A DNA stretch of 59,079 nt from Rhodothermales bacterium (lineage in GTDB: Bacteria > Bacteroidota > Rhodothermia > Rhodothermales > UBA10348): assembly GCA_030830105.1 (NCBI GenBank), contig JAURNP010000112.1, forward strand, positions 1 to 59,079, read 5' to 3'. Shown here piece after piece: positions 37,697 through 47,849 of this stretch. Numbering within the stretch: the stretch's first letter is position 1; each line of letters opens with the position of its first letter. The translations under genes were made by a program, and so were the position numbers. Under the pieces are notes generated by a model, which saw only the letters and a program-made list of their open reading frames with translations, was not told where the DNA came from and did not search any database.

Positions 37697-38179
37697 TCAG
37701 TCGGCTAGGCCGAACCAGCGAAGTACCTCGGCCGCGTGGTCTCCCGTCTTTGGGCGCTTGATAACTTTTACGATCGATCCTTCCTCATCAATCAGGAAGG
37801 TGGTACGCTTCGTTCCATTTATGAGCTTGCCATACATGTTTTTCGGCCCGTACGTCCCGTATGCGCCCATTACTGCTCTTTCCGTATCTGCGATGAGGGG
37901 AAAAGGCAGTTCGTATTTCTGCGCGAATCCTGCATGCTTCTTGACCGGGTCGTCGGAGACCCCGACAACGGCAATGCCGTTTGCCTGCAGGTCGGACCAG
38001 TGATCGCGCAAGTTGCAGGCCTGCTTCGTACAACCAGGCGTGTTATCGCGTGGATAGAAATAGATGACCAGTTTCTGTCCGGCAAAATCGCTCTTTGAAA
38101 TGGTTGAGCCATCCTGGGTTATCCCCGAAAAATCTGGCGCTATGGTGCCTTCTTCAGGCATCTCGACAGTACTACTCAT
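37697..38179 (-). CDS. bcp: thioredoxin-dependent thiol peroxidase (peroxiredoxin Bcp)
   Basis: FYPRDNTPGCTKQAC active-site motif. 160 aa. Confidence 0.9.
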   Translation of the reverse strand: MSSTVEMPEEGTIAPDFSGITQDGSTISKSDFAGQKLVIYFYPRDNTPGCTKQACNLRDHWSDLQANGIAVVGVSDDPVKKHAGFAQKYELPFPLIADTERAVMGAYGTYGPKNMYGKLINGTKRTTFLIDEEGSIVKVIKRPKTGDHAAEVLRWFGLAD

Positions 38180-38209
38180 GATGGGTATTCATTCGCGGTT
38201 AAATGGTGT

Positions 38210-38911
38210 CTAGAATGGTACGTCCACCGCAGCGCTCAAGAAGCGCATGAGCGGCATTCCTTTCCCCCATTCCGAAGCCAGGAAAGGAAGGATGTCGGGT
38301 CGGTGAGCCTCTTGTTCGGGCAACCGAGCGACCCCGATGAAGTCTTTACGTCGTAGATCTTCGATATCCGGATGATCGGGATTGAAGCCCTTGGGCGCTC
38401 TGACCAAGGAGTCACCCTCCCAGGAATACGTGGAAGTGAAGTCAGGATCTTCCTTGACATCACGCCACTCATCTGGATCCCGATCGATGCACTCACGGAT
38501 GGCACGCAGGTCGGGCGACGCCGGGTGCCACATCCCCATCGCAAAGAAGACATTGCCCGGCTCCAGGTGCAAATAATATCCTGGCGCGTGCACATCCTTG
38601 CCCAGTCGATGGCGGAAGTGCACGCCGGCGACCGTCTTGTACGGATCTTTGTTCTTCGAGAAGCGAACATCTCTGTAAATCCGAAAGAGCGACCCTCCAG
38701 AAGCTTTCGGAATCGCTAGATAGTGAGGGCTCAGCTCCGAGAGCATGGGTGCAAAATCTGCGATCAAATCCAGGAGCGGTTCCTTCACCGCTTGCTCGTA
38801 ACGCGTCTTGTTCTCGGCAAACCACTCCCGCGTGTTGTTCACTTTCAGCTGGCGCAGGAAAGCAAAGAGATCAGGAGTGATGTACGGATTTGCCATGGCG
38901 TTATTTGGCAA
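38210..38911 (-). CDS. DUF2461 (TIGR02453) family protein
   Basis: FLRQLKVNNTREWFAENKTRYE and FRIYRDVRFSKNKDPYK are family signatures. The start may be the ATG at 38896. Confidence 0.75.
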   Translation of the reverse strand: MPNNAMANPYITPDLFAFLRQLKVNNTREWFAENKTRYEQAVKEPLLDLIADFAPMLSELSPHYLAIPKASGGSLFRIYRDVRFSKNKDPYKTVAGVHFRHRLGKDVHAPGYYLHLEPGNVFFAMGMWHPASPDLRAIRECIDRDPDEWRDVKEDPDFTSTYSWEGDSLVRAPKGFNPDHPDIEDLRRKDFIGVARLPEQEAHRPDILPFLASEWGKGMPLMRFLSAAVDVPF

Positions 38912-38938
38912 GGAAAGTTTTCAGGGGCTGAAAGACAC

Positions 38939-41443
38939 TCAGTTGATACCGATATCTCCCATACCCTCGCCCTGGTCACCACGGTTCGGACGCTGGGCGC
39001 GACGGATCTGCTCTCCAAAGTTGTATTGGAAAGTTAGCCCAATCGATTGAGACTCCCAGTTGCGGGTCCCCAACTGGTAGAATGAAGCCTGATCAACTTC
39101 GAACTCGAAGCCCATCATATTCAACGGATCGCTCACACGCAGTGTGACGGATCCTTTGTTGTTCAGGATGCGCTGACGAATGGACAGATTGGCCACAGAG
39201 AAGGAAGAGATACGTCCCTGGGCAACATCGATGGGAGCCCGGTAGAAGTAAAACATTTGGAAGTCCGTGCCGTCCTGGATCTTGTACGACAGGCTGGCAC
39301 GCGAGGACCAGGAAATGGCATCATTGGCCAGATCGGCATCTACATTGGTCCCTTCGGTCACAATGCGATAAGCATTGAAGCTGGAAAAGCCACTCAGCTT
39401 CTTTCCGATTCGAAGAGAACCGATCACCTCAGCGCCATAGGACTCACTCTGGTCAAAGTTGCGGTAGGTCAGGGTGGAGATACCGTTGGTCGGATTTACC
39501 GTTTTGAAGCGTTCGATCTTGTTGACCGTACGACGATAGTACGGTGAAATGCTCAAAGAGCTTTTGCGAGAGAACTGCTGATAGGCCAGCTCCACCGCGT
39601 GGATGTATTCCGGTTGCAGTTCCGGGTTACCAACATTCAAGTTCAGCGGATCGGTGAACGTAGTAAAGGGATTCAGCTGTCCGGTTCGCGGACGGTTGAC
39701 GCGCTTGGAGTAGCTGACCTTGACCTGCTTCATCTGAGAGAGGTTATAGTTCAGGAACGCGCTGGGGAAGAGGCTTGCGTAATTGTTATCGAATGATTCG
39801 TCCGTCGTTTGCAGATTGAACGTTGTGCGGGCCTGCTCGACACGGAGGCCTGCCTGCGCTTCGAATGAACCAAATGCCTTGCTCACGATGCCATATCCAG
39901 CGAACACATCTTCGTCGAATATGAATTGGTTGGTCCGGGCTGCATCGCTTTCAAACTCCTGGACGTTCAGGTCGAGCGACTGAACATCGAATCGGTTGTC
40001 CATCTGACGCAGTGCAGCCTTGGCTCCAGCCTCCACTTTCCAGCCGCCGAACGGGCGGATCCAATCCGTCTGCGCGTTCCACTGGGCGTCGTGATTATCG
40101 AGCTCATTGATCGTTTGCTCCAACAGTAAATCGGCGCTGCCTCCGTCCAGATCCATGAGGCGCTCGGTCAGATCATCGAGATCCCCCCCGTCGGACTCGT
40201 TGTAGCGGACTTCGCCCGTCAATTCCCGCTTCGAGGCCTCTACAATCCGACGTCCGGAAATGGAAAAGTCCATCGATGAACCGTCTGTGGCCCGCATGCT
40301 CTGCCGCACAGACCGATCTGTCAGCGAGCGATTCGGATCCAGCTGGTTGTACGTGTTCTCGGATGCGTTGTCGCCATCGCGGATGCTTGCCAGAGCCGAA
40401 AACGAAAGTTCTGAGATGTCACTCAGTTTGAGATCCAGCGATGAGTTGATGAGGTGGGAAGTTGACGTTCGAACGCCGTCGTTGTCCTGCTCAAGAAAGG
40501 TGAGAGGATCCAGGTACCGGTTCTCGCGAAAGTTGTAGCCGTCGCTGTTCCGGTCTTCGGACCTGAAGCCGTAGTTGGTGAACAAGGTCAGGCGGCCTTG
40601 CTGGGCCGTAAAGGAGCCACCCATGTTGTAATCACCCCGTGTGGACCCTCCAGACGTGATGCTGCCGCTCTTGCCGAGTTCCGTGTCTTTTTTCAATATG
40701 ATATTCAGGGCCCCGGCCTGACCGTCCGGATCGTATTTGGCAGAGGGATTGGGTATGACCTCGACGCGATCTACCGAACTGGCAGGAATCTGCTGCAAGA
40801 AGGCCGAGAGAAACTCGCCACGAAGGGGTGAAGGCTTACCGTTGATCAGAATGTTGATGTTCTGATTACCCCGGAGCGACACGTTCCCGTCCACGTCGAC
40901 TTCAACTGAGGGGATATTCTGAAGGACGTCCGTCGCATTTCCACCCGTGCTCGCGATCTGGTCTCGGGTGTTGTATACGGTCCGGTCAATCTCGAACGCT
41001 ACCTCTGCCCGCTCGGCCGTAACCTGAACACCGTCCATTTCCGCAGCATCCGTACGCAGGGTAACGGAGCCCAGCTCAATCCGGGTGTTGCCTGGCGAGA
41101 TTTCGAAAATGTCGGTGCGGACAGGCTTGAATCCGACGAAGCTGATCTCTGCGAAATAGCGCCCAGGGCGCAGGCGATCAATGACGAAACGCCCGGCCGC
41201 ATCCGTGACTGCACCAGTAACAAGGCTGGAATCAGCAACTGCACGGACTCCGATGGTGGCCGTGACCAGTGGTTCTCCGCTCCGTTCGAAAACCTCTCCG
41301 GTCACCGTTCCGATGGTGGCTGGCACATCAGAGGTCGGGCCCGAAAACGTTTGGGCCACGGCGGCACTCGGCAGGGCGCCGGCAAGAAACGTCAGAATGA
41401 GTAGAGGCCCCAGATAGCGAGCTGGAAAAGTAGAACGAGACAT
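38939..41443 (-). CDS. TonB-dependent outer-membrane receptor with carboxypeptidase-regulatory-like N-domain
   Basis: Signal peptide, a CarbopepD_reg-like segment (VTGEVFERSGEPLVTATIGV...GRYFAEISFVGF), a plug region (VLQNIPSVEVD...VSLRG) and a long beta-barrel with alternating pattern. 834 aa. Confidence 0.85.
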   Translation of the reverse strand: MSRSTFPARYLGPLLILTFLAGALPSAAVAQTFSGPTSDVPATIGTVTGEVFERSGEPLVTATIGVRAVADSSLVTGAVTDAAGRFVIDRLRPGRYFAEISFVGFKPVRTDIFEISPGNTRIELGSVTLRTDAAEMDGVQVTAERAEVAFEIDRTVYNTRDQIASTGGNATDVLQNIPSVEVDVDGNVSLRGNQNINILINGKPSPLRGEFLSAFLQQIPASSVDRVEVIPNPSAKYDPDGQAGALNIILKKDTELGKSGSITSGGSTRGDYNMGGSFTAQQGRLTLFTNYGFRSEDRNSDGYNFRENRYLDPLTFLEQDNDGVRTSTSHLINSSLDLKLSDISELSFSALASIRDGDNASENTYNQLDPNRSLTDRSVRQSMRATDGSSMDFSISGRRIVEASKRELTGEVRYNESDGGDLDDLTERLMDLDGGSADLLLEQTINELDNHDAQWNAQTDWIRPFGGWKVEAGAKAALRQMDNRFDVQSLDLNVQEFESDAARTNQFIFDEDVFAGYGIVSKAFGSFEAQAGLRVEQARTTFNLQTTDESFDNNYASLFPSAFLNYNLSQMKQVKVSYSKRVNRPRTGQLNPFTTFTDPLNLNVGNPELQPEYIHAVELAYQQFSRKSSLSISPYYRRTVNKIERFKTVNPTNGISTLTYRNFDQSESYGAEVIGSLRIGKKLSGFSSFNAYRIVTEGTNVDADLANDAISWSSRASLSYKIQDGTDFQMFYFYRAPIDVAQGRISSFSVANLSIRQRILNNKGSVTLRVSDPLNMMGFEFEVDQASFYQLGTRNWESQSIGLTFQYNFGEQIRRAQRPNRGDQGEGMGDIGIN

Positions 41444-41591
41444 GATCGGGCTTGGAAAAGATTGACGTAGGCGTCGAGTGCCCCTTCGTCACAGACCACA
41501 GCCCTTTAGTTACGCGACCCGCTCATGAATTCCGCGTCAATCGAATTACCACAACCATATGTGAGACAATGGTTAGCGGGTAAAAAAACGA

Positions 41592-43457
41592 TCACTGATC
41601 GTTTTTGGCATTCTCGTCTCTGTCTGCATCGAAATACTCCCGCACCAAGCGAGCTGCATAGGGCCCGACTTCTTCCGAAAGCAGATTTTCAGAGGCCTCC
41701 CGGACTCGCTTCAAGGATCCGAATGCTCGCAAGAGTTTGCGCGAGGTTGCTGGCCCGATTCCTTCAATTTCCTCGAGCTCCGTATGCAGCGTATTTTTCT
41801 TGCGCTGTTTTCGCTGGAACGTGACAGCGAATCGATGGGCCTCGTTGCGCGCACGCTGAAGGAGTTGCAGGGATGCGCTATCCTTCGAAATGAAGACGGA
41901 GTCGGTATCCCCGGGGAAGAAGACTTCCTCCAGGCGCTTTGCCAATCCCACAACTGGAAACTTCCCGTAAGCCTCCACATCGACCAATGCCTGGACAGAG
42001 CTGGATAGCTGGCCCTTGCCACCGTCGATAACTACCAGGTCCGGCCAAGGGCCATTCTCTTCCACCACCCTCCCGTACCGTCGGCCTACAACTTCTTTCA
42101 TCGACTGGAAATCGTCCGATCGACCATCGCCAACGGTCCGCATCTTATAGGTGCGGTATTCGCTTTTGCGAGGCTGCCCATCAATGAACACCACACAGGA
42201 GGCCACGACATCCGTTCCACTGAGATGGGAAATGTCGAAGCACTCTATGCGCCTCGGAAGCCGGGGCAGGGAGAGGTCTTTCTCAAGCTTTTCGACTGCG
42301 TGGGGTACCCGTCCTTCGGTGTGCTTCTGTTTCTGGATTAGGTGCTCGGAGAGCATGAGGTCAGCGTTTTTCTCTACTATTCGGACCAATCCGGCCTTGT
42401 CACCCCGCTGCGGGATGTGCAGAGTCACCTTATGGCCGCTCTTCTCATGCAACAGGTCCTCGATCAATTCAGGGTTGGAGCACTCCACCGACATGAGCAA
42501 TTCCCGGGGAAAGAACGTGGACTCGGTGTAGTAGCGTTCCAGGACTGCCTGCATGAGTTCAGCATCTGGCGTCTCTTCTATCCGACTTAGGTAGATATGG
42601 CGTCTGCCCACAATCTTGCCGTCGCGCATCTGGAAGACGGCTCCGCAAGCGGCATTTGATTCTCGATCCACGGACAACGCGAACAAATCCCGGTCCGCAA
42701 GATCGCCGCTGACGACCTTCTGGCGCTCGGCGTACTTTTCCAGCGCGGCAATCTGATCCCGAAGTTTGGCCGCTTCCTCAAAATCCATGGCCTCTGCCAC
42801 ACGCATCATTTCGTCTTTCAGAAGCGCAATAAGACCACCTGTTTTGCCATTGAGCAGTTGCTCGACCTGCTTGATGGTATTGTCGTAATCCTCGCTGGTC
42901 TGGAGACCAACACACGGGGCGTCACACTTCTTGATGTGATACTGGAGACAGACTTCGTACTTGCCAGCTGCAATAGGCTCAGGAGCAAGATTCAGAGAGC
43001 ATGTCCGGAGCCGGAAAATGGAGCGGATCGTATCCAGCATGAGGTTCATGCTGCGCACATCGGTGTACGGTCCGAAGTACCTCGACCCATCCTTGCGCGG
43101 ACGTCGGGTCGAAAAGACCCGGGGGAAGGGCTCGCTCTTTACACAAATAAACGGATACGTTTTGTCATCCCGCAGGAGGATATTGTAGCGCGGCTTGAGG
43201 CTTTTGATGAGATTATTCTCAAGCAGGAGAGCCTCCACTTCGGTATCCGTAACAATGACTTCTATGTCATGCACTTTGGACACCATAATGCGCAGGCGAC
43301 CATCCAGATTGCGGCTGGCATGGAAGTACGAACTTACCCGGGCCTTCAGATTCTTGGCCTTGCCGACATAAAGCACTTTACCCGCCTCGTCCTTATGCTG
43401 ATACACGCCAGGACGGGTTGGAATGCGGGACAATCTTTCGGCTAGTTCAGGGCGCAT
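41592..43457 (-). CDS. uvrC: excinuclease ABC subunit C
   Basis: GIY-YIG motif PGVYQHKDEAGKVLYVGKAKNLKARV, a UVR domain (FEEAAKLRDQIAALE) and a C-terminal HhH (IEGIGPATSRKLLRAFGSL). Start trimmed to the ATG at 43457 (MRPELAERL...); the ORF stays open to 43580. Confidence 0.9.
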   Translation of the reverse strand: MRPELAERLSRIPTRPGVYQHKDEAGKVLYVGKAKNLKARVSSYFHASRNLDGRLRIMVSKVHDIEVIVTDTEVEALLLENNLIKSLKPRYNILLRDDKTYPFICVKSEPFPRVFSTRRPRKDGSRYFGPYTDVRSMNLMLDTIRSIFRLRTCSLNLAPEPIAAGKYEVCLQYHIKKCDAPCVGLQTSEDYDNTIKQVEQLLNGKTGGLIALLKDEMMRVAEAMDFEEAAKLRDQIAALEKYAERQKVVSGDLADRDLFALSVDRESNAACGAVFQMRDGKIVGRRHIYLSRIEETPDAELMQAVLERYYTESTFFPRELLMSVECSNPELIEDLLHEKSGHKVTLHIPQRGDKAGLVRIVEKNADLMLSEHLIQKQKHTEGRVPHAVEKLEKDLSLPRLPRRIECFDISHLSGTDVVASCVVFIDGQPRKSEYRTYKMRTVGDGRSDDFQSMKEVVGRRYGRVVEENGPWPDLVVIDGGKGQLSSSVQALVDVEAYGKFPVVGLAKRLEEVFFPGDTDSVFISKDSASLQLLQRARNEAHRFAVTFQRKQRKKNTLHTELEEIEGIGPATSRKLLRAFGSLKRVREASENLLSEEVGPYAARLVREYFDADRDENAKNDQ

Positions 43458-43600
43458 GAGGCGGTTCAGTGGGCAGTCAGGGAGCCGGGGTCTATCTGGG
43501 GGTGAGATGTCTGGCGGCCGAAATCCCATGAACCGATCCTCGTTACTTAGGTTCAGGGAGACCAGTCTCCATTTTTTCAACGTTCCGCTCGTGCACCTTC

Positions 43601-44245
43601 ATGACCGATCCTGAATCCGAGCGCATCTCGGCCATTCTCGAGGAACTCCATCGACTCTATCCTGACGCCGACTGCGCCCTGGATCATCGTAATGCACACG
43701 AGTTGTTGTTTGCGACCATCATGTCGGCGCAGACCACCGATGTGAATGTAAACCGGGTCACATCGACGCTCTTCGAGAAGTACCGGACGGTAAAGGAGTT
43801 TGCTGACGCCGATCTGGAATCCTTTCAGGACGAAATCCGCTCGACGGGCTTTTTTCGCAACAAGGCGAAGAACGTGGTAGCTACCGCCAACATGATCGAG
43901 GACGAATACGCAGGGCAGGTCCCCAGTACCATGGAAGACCTGGTGGCCTTGCCTGGTGTGGCTCGCAAAACGGCGAATGTAGTTCTGGGTACCTGGTTCG
44001 GGATCTCCACGGGCTTCGTGGTGGATACCCACGTCAAACGCTTGGCCTTTCGATTGGGACTGACGGAGCACACCGACCCGGTCAAGGTCGAGAAGGACCT
44101 GATGGCGGTGATTCCGCAAAAAGAGTGGATCTTCTCAGGTCACGCCATCATCCTTCACGGGCGCGCTGTTTGCGATGCGAAGAAGCCCCAGTGCGCTGGG
44201 TGTACCCTGCGTCCTTCCTGTCCGCAGCTCGGAGTAGCCAGCTGA
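43601..44245 (+). CDS. nth: endonuclease III
   Basis: HhH-GPD motif LVALPGVARKTANVVLG and the 4Fe-4S cluster loop CDAKKPQCAGCTLRPSC. Confidence 0.9.
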   Translation: MTDPESERISAILEELHRLYPDADCALDHRNAHELLFATIMSAQTTDVNVNRVTSTLFEKYRTVKEFADADLESFQDEIRSTGFFRNKAKNVVATANMIEDEYAGQVPSTMEDLVALPGVARKTANVVLGTWFGISTGFVVDTHVKRLAFRLGLTEHTDPVKVEKDLMAVIPQKEWIFSGHAIILHGRAVCDAKKPQCAGCTLRPSCPQLGVAS

Positions 44246-44276
44246 TTCCAGCGAAGTCGGGTGCGACGCGTTGGTG

Positions 44277-45941
44277 CTAGTAGGCGTCCTCGTGGACTCC
44301 CTTGACCGCGCGACCGGAAGGATCTGCCTGATTGGCGAAGGCTGCATCCCAGGCGAGCGCCTCGGGCGTGCTACAGGCTACTGATTTGCCTCCTGGTACG
44401 CAGCGGGCTGCGCTTTCCGAGGGAAACAGCTCCTCAAAGATGCTACGGTAGAAATAACCTTCTTTGGTGTCCGGCGTGTTGATAGGGAAGCGGAATTCCG
44501 CCCGAGCCATATCCTGATCGCTGACGCGCTCCTCGGCGTGTGCCTTGAGGTAGTCGATCCATCCGTACCCTACGCCATCGGAAAATTGCTCCTTCTGGCG
44601 TTTTGCGATGGCTTCCGGAAGCAGATCGGCGAACGCGTCCCGCAGGATCTGCTTCTCGAGTCGGCCATCCTTGATCATCTTGGCTTCCGGATTCAGGCGC
44701 ATGGCTTGATCCAGGAATTCCAGGTCCAGGAACGGAACGCGGGCTTCGACACCCCAGGCGGCCATGCTCTTGTTGGCGCGCAGGCAGTCGAACAGATGAA
44801 GGCGATCGATCTTACGGACGGTTTCCTCATGGAATTCCCGAGCGTCAGGTGCCTTGTGGAAGTAGAGGTAGCCCCCGAAAATTTCGTCTGCTCCTTCTCC
44901 GGAAAGGACCATCTTGATGCCCATGGCCTTGATTCGACGGGCCAGGAGAAACATCGGCGTTGAGGCCCGGATGGTGGTCACATCGTAGGTCTCGATGTGA
45001 TGGATCACATCGCGCAGGGCATCGATACCCTCCTGGATCGTGAAGTTGAAACCATGATGTACGCTGCCAATATGGTCGGCGACGGCCTGGGCCGCTGCGA
45101 GATCGGGGCTGCCCTCAAGGCCAATGGCAAACGAGTGGATGCGTGGCCACCACGCCTCGGATTGGTCGTCTGCGTCAACACGGGAAGCAGCGTACTGGCA
45201 GGCCAGCGCTGCGATCACCGACGAATCCAGTCCTCCGGATAGGAGCACTCCGTAGGGGACGTCTCCCATGAGCTGCCGGTGCACCGCATCCGAAAGAGAC
45301 TTCCGGACGATAGCCGGGTCGGATGAACCCTCTTTGACATCGTCAAAGGCTTCCCAACCCCACTCATGCCACTCACGTGGCTCGCGGTCTGAATCACTGT
45401 CCAGTACATGCCCGGGGAGGAATTCCTCGAACCGGTTACAGACGGACTCGAGAGCCTTCATTTCAGAGGCTACGATCAAATGACCTGCTGCGTCGTGACC
45501 GAAGTAGAGTGGGATGACTCCGACCGGGTCCCGCGCCACCAGGAATCGGTTGTTGAGGCTGTCCCACAGTACGAACGCGTAAATGCCGTTCAAGCGCTTC
45601 AAGCCGTCAATGCCGTCGCGCTCCAGGAGGGGAATGATGACTTCGCAATCAGAGTCCGTCTGAAATGTGTAGTCCGGAAATTCCTTGCGCAGATCGCGAT
45701 GGTTGTAGATCTCGCCGTTGACGGCCAGCACAAAACGCTGGTCCGGGCTATAGAGCGGTTGTGCACCGTGCAGCAGGTCCACAATGGCCAGACGCTCGTG
45801 TGCCAGGATGGCATGATCGTCGGCGTGGATCCCGGACCAGTCCGGTCCTCGGTGACGCTGACGACGACTCATGGTCAGCGCCTGTTCGCGCAATTGATCA
45901 GTGATGTTGGGAATATCGAGGATGGCCAGGATCGAGCACAT
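44277..45941 (-). CDS. asnB: asparagine synthase (glutamine-hydrolysing)
   Basis: N-terminal nucleophile MCSI..., PP-loop LLSGGLDSS. 554 aa. Confidence 0.9.
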   Translation of the reverse strand: MCSILAILDIPNITDQLREQALTMSRRQRHRGPDWSGIHADDHAILAHERLAIVDLLHGAQPLYSPDQRFVLAVNGEIYNHRDLRKEFPDYTFQTDSDCEVIIPLLERDGIDGLKRLNGIYAFVLWDSLNNRFLVARDPVGVIPLYFGHDAAGHLIVASEMKALESVCNRFEEFLPGHVLDSDSDREPREWHEWGWEAFDDVKEGSSDPAIVRKSLSDAVHRQLMGDVPYGVLLSGGLDSSVIAALACQYAASRVDADDQSEAWWPRIHSFAIGLEGSPDLAAAQAVADHIGSVHHGFNFTIQEGIDALRDVIHHIETYDVTTIRASTPMFLLARRIKAMGIKMVLSGEGADEIFGGYLYFHKAPDAREFHEETVRKIDRLHLFDCLRANKSMAAWGVEARVPFLDLEFLDQAMRLNPEAKMIKDGRLEKQILRDAFADLLPEAIAKRQKEQFSDGVGYGWIDYLKAHAEERVSDQDMARAEFRFPINTPDTKEGYFYRSIFEELFPSESAARCVPGGKSVACSTPEALAWDAAFANQADPSGRAVKGVHEDAY

Positions 45942-46075
45942 GCGTTAGGCGATAAGGCGATACATGGATGGAGAGGTGGTGCTACACCTCAATCGACTAC
46001 AAGACCCGATAGACCGCTTCAAAAAATTGAATCAGGCCACGGGGGAGCTCACCGATAAGAGTCGCAGCCAGGATT

Positions 46076-47347
46076 CTAGCCGGCAGAGGCCAAGGCCTGA
46101 TCGAACAGTTCCGCAAATCGGCGGACATCCTCGAATGAGTTGTAGAGCGGGGCTGGGGAGATTCGGATGCAATTCGGATTGCGCCAGTCGCATATCACGC
46201 CGCGTTCCTTGATATAGTAGAACACGGCACGACCGTCGTCACCGTGCACGCGCAGTGAAAGCTGGGCCCCACGCTGTTCCGGATCGGAAGGCGTCATGAT
46301 GTCGAATCCGTCTTCGATTTCCTGAAGCAGGTCCCACAGGTAACCGGTCAGCTTCATGCTCTTGGTTCGCAGGGCGCTGATCCCGACCTCGTCGAACAAG
46401 GCAAGGGACCCTTTCAGAGGTGCGGTGGACAAAATGGGAGTATTGGTCATTTGCCATCCCACAGCACCCGGTTCCGGATCGAATTCATCCACCCACTGGA
46501 ATCGGGTGGAGCGGTTGTGGCCCCACCAGCCGGCAAGACGTGGCAGATCTTTGGCGTTGGCAAAACGCTCGTGCACAAAGGCACCTCCGGGTGCGGCGGG
46601 CCCCGCGTTCAAGTATTTGTAGTGGCACCAGGCCGCGAAGTCGACATCCCAATCATGGAGCGAGAGGGGCACATTGCCCGCAGCGTGGGCCAAGTCCCAG
46701 CCTACCATACATCCCTGATCATGGCCGGCCGTCGTGATCGTCGGAATGTCAAAGAACTGGCCCGTGTAGTAGTTGACACCACTGAGCATGACCAGTGCGA
46801 TTCGATGACCTTCCGTTTTGATGGTGTCCAGGATGTCCTCCGTGCGGAGGTGATCCTCACCGTCCCGTGCCTTCTGCACGATCAAGCATTCGTTTGGATC
46901 GAATCCGTGAAAGCGGATCTGCTCCCGGAAAGCGTACTGGTCGGAGGGGAAGGTGTGCTCCTCGATCAGTATGCAGGGTCGCTGAGAGGTGGGCCGGTAA
47001 AAGGAAAGCATCAACAGGTTGATGTTGACCGTGAGGGAGTTCATCACGGCTACTTCGATCGGTTTGCACCCCACGATGCGGGCTTCTGAATCACGAAGCT
47101 CCGTACCATAATCCGCCCATGGGTTGTCACCGGTGAAGTAGCCTTCTATGCCCTTCTCAGCCCAGTCCTTCATTACGGCATCCAGCGCCTGGCCACCTTG
47201 TCTAGGCTGGAGTCCCAAGGAATTGCCGCACAGGTACAGGGTCTCCGATCCATCAGGCATACGAGGAATCGAAAACGATGCTCGATACCCAGCCAACGGG
47301 TCGCCTGCATCCAATTTTTGGGCAATCTGAGCTGGAAAACGAGACAT
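46076..47347 (-). CDS. kynU: kynureninase
   Basis: YLCGNSLGLQP, DLAHAAGNVPL and the PLP-lysine context CHYKYLNAGPAAPGGAF. Start trimmed to MSRFPAQIAQKLD... (423 aa, typical length). Confidence 0.85.
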   Translation of the reverse strand: MSRFPAQIAQKLDAGDPLAGYRASFSIPRMPDGSETLYLCGNSLGLQPRQGGQALDAVMKDWAEKGIEGYFTGDNPWADYGTELRDSEARIVGCKPIEVAVMNSLTVNINLLMLSFYRPTSQRPCILIEEHTFPSDQYAFREQIRFHGFDPNECLIVQKARDGEDHLRTEDILDTIKTEGHRIALVMLSGVNYYTGQFFDIPTITTAGHDQGCMVGWDLAHAAGNVPLSLHDWDVDFAAWCHYKYLNAGPAAPGGAFVHERFANAKDLPRLAGWWGHNRSTRFQWVDEFDPEPGAVGWQMTNTPILSTAPLKGSLALFDEVGISALRTKSMKLTGYLWDLLQEIEDGFDIMTPSDPEQRGAQLSLRVHGDDGRAVFYYIKERGVICDWRNPNCIRISPAPLYNSFEDVRRFAELFDQALASAG

Positions 47348-47618
47348 GGACAAAAAAATTTTGTGTAACGAATAGCGCCCTCGCGCTGGAGCAAAGGCCT
47401 CTTCAAGATACGTGTTTAAACTGAACGGGGGCTGCTTAACACTGTCAAATTTCGGCCCAGGAAGGGCAGAAAAGCCGTTTTCTGGTAGCGCTTCCAAATT
47501 CTTCACAGGACAGATGGTTGAATAGGAGGAACGGAGCCCCCTACCATTGTCGGTAAATCCGAGTCAGAAACGGGGTCGACGCAAGGTCGCCCTCGCGAGG
47601 ATTTTCAGAACCAACAGC

Positions 47619-47795
47619 ATGCATCGAACGATGTCCCAGCACTTCGCTTTTTCGCTAGTCGCTTCCCGGATCGGGAATGGCGTGGCCGTGGCTGCTGCTG
47701 ATGTACTGTCTCCTTCGATTGCAGTGGTTGACCGACTTGTGGCAGGCCTTGTGGTCCTGCTGTCCCTTCTAATCAGTGTGCTAATTCTCACCTGA
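47619..47795 (+). promoter_or_regulatory. candidate ILV-rich leader ORF upstream of the ilv-leu operon
   Basis: ATG-started part of the listed ORF 47547..47795. The C-terminus is ...DRLVAGLVVLLSLLISVLILT*, so 14 of the last 19 codons are Leu/Val/Ile. The stop lies 79 nt before the ilvD ATG. Confidence 0.4.
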
Positions 47796-47801
47796 TAATC
47801 C

Positions 47802-47849
47802 GGTCAACCCCACCGCATCGCGGAATCATTTGAATGCCAGGGGTTGACC
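47802..47849 (+). promoter_or_regulatory. 10-bp hairpin between the leader ORF and ilvD, with a competing upstream partner
   Basis: GGTCAACCCC (47802..47811) pairs with GGGGTTGACC (47840..47849). GGTTGACCG at 47726..47734 can instead pair with CGGTCAACC at 47801..47809. Confidence 0.4.

Noticed and set aside
47547-47795. Treating the whole 82-aa TTG-started ORF as an ordinary protein gene, or fitting a classical four-segment trp-type attenuator with a U-tract terminator.
   Set aside because: The N-terminal part (SVNPSQKRGRRKVALARIFRTNS) looks like non-coding read-through. Only three complementary segments are visible, not four, and there is no U tract. I therefore report it as a candidate leader with unresolved logic.
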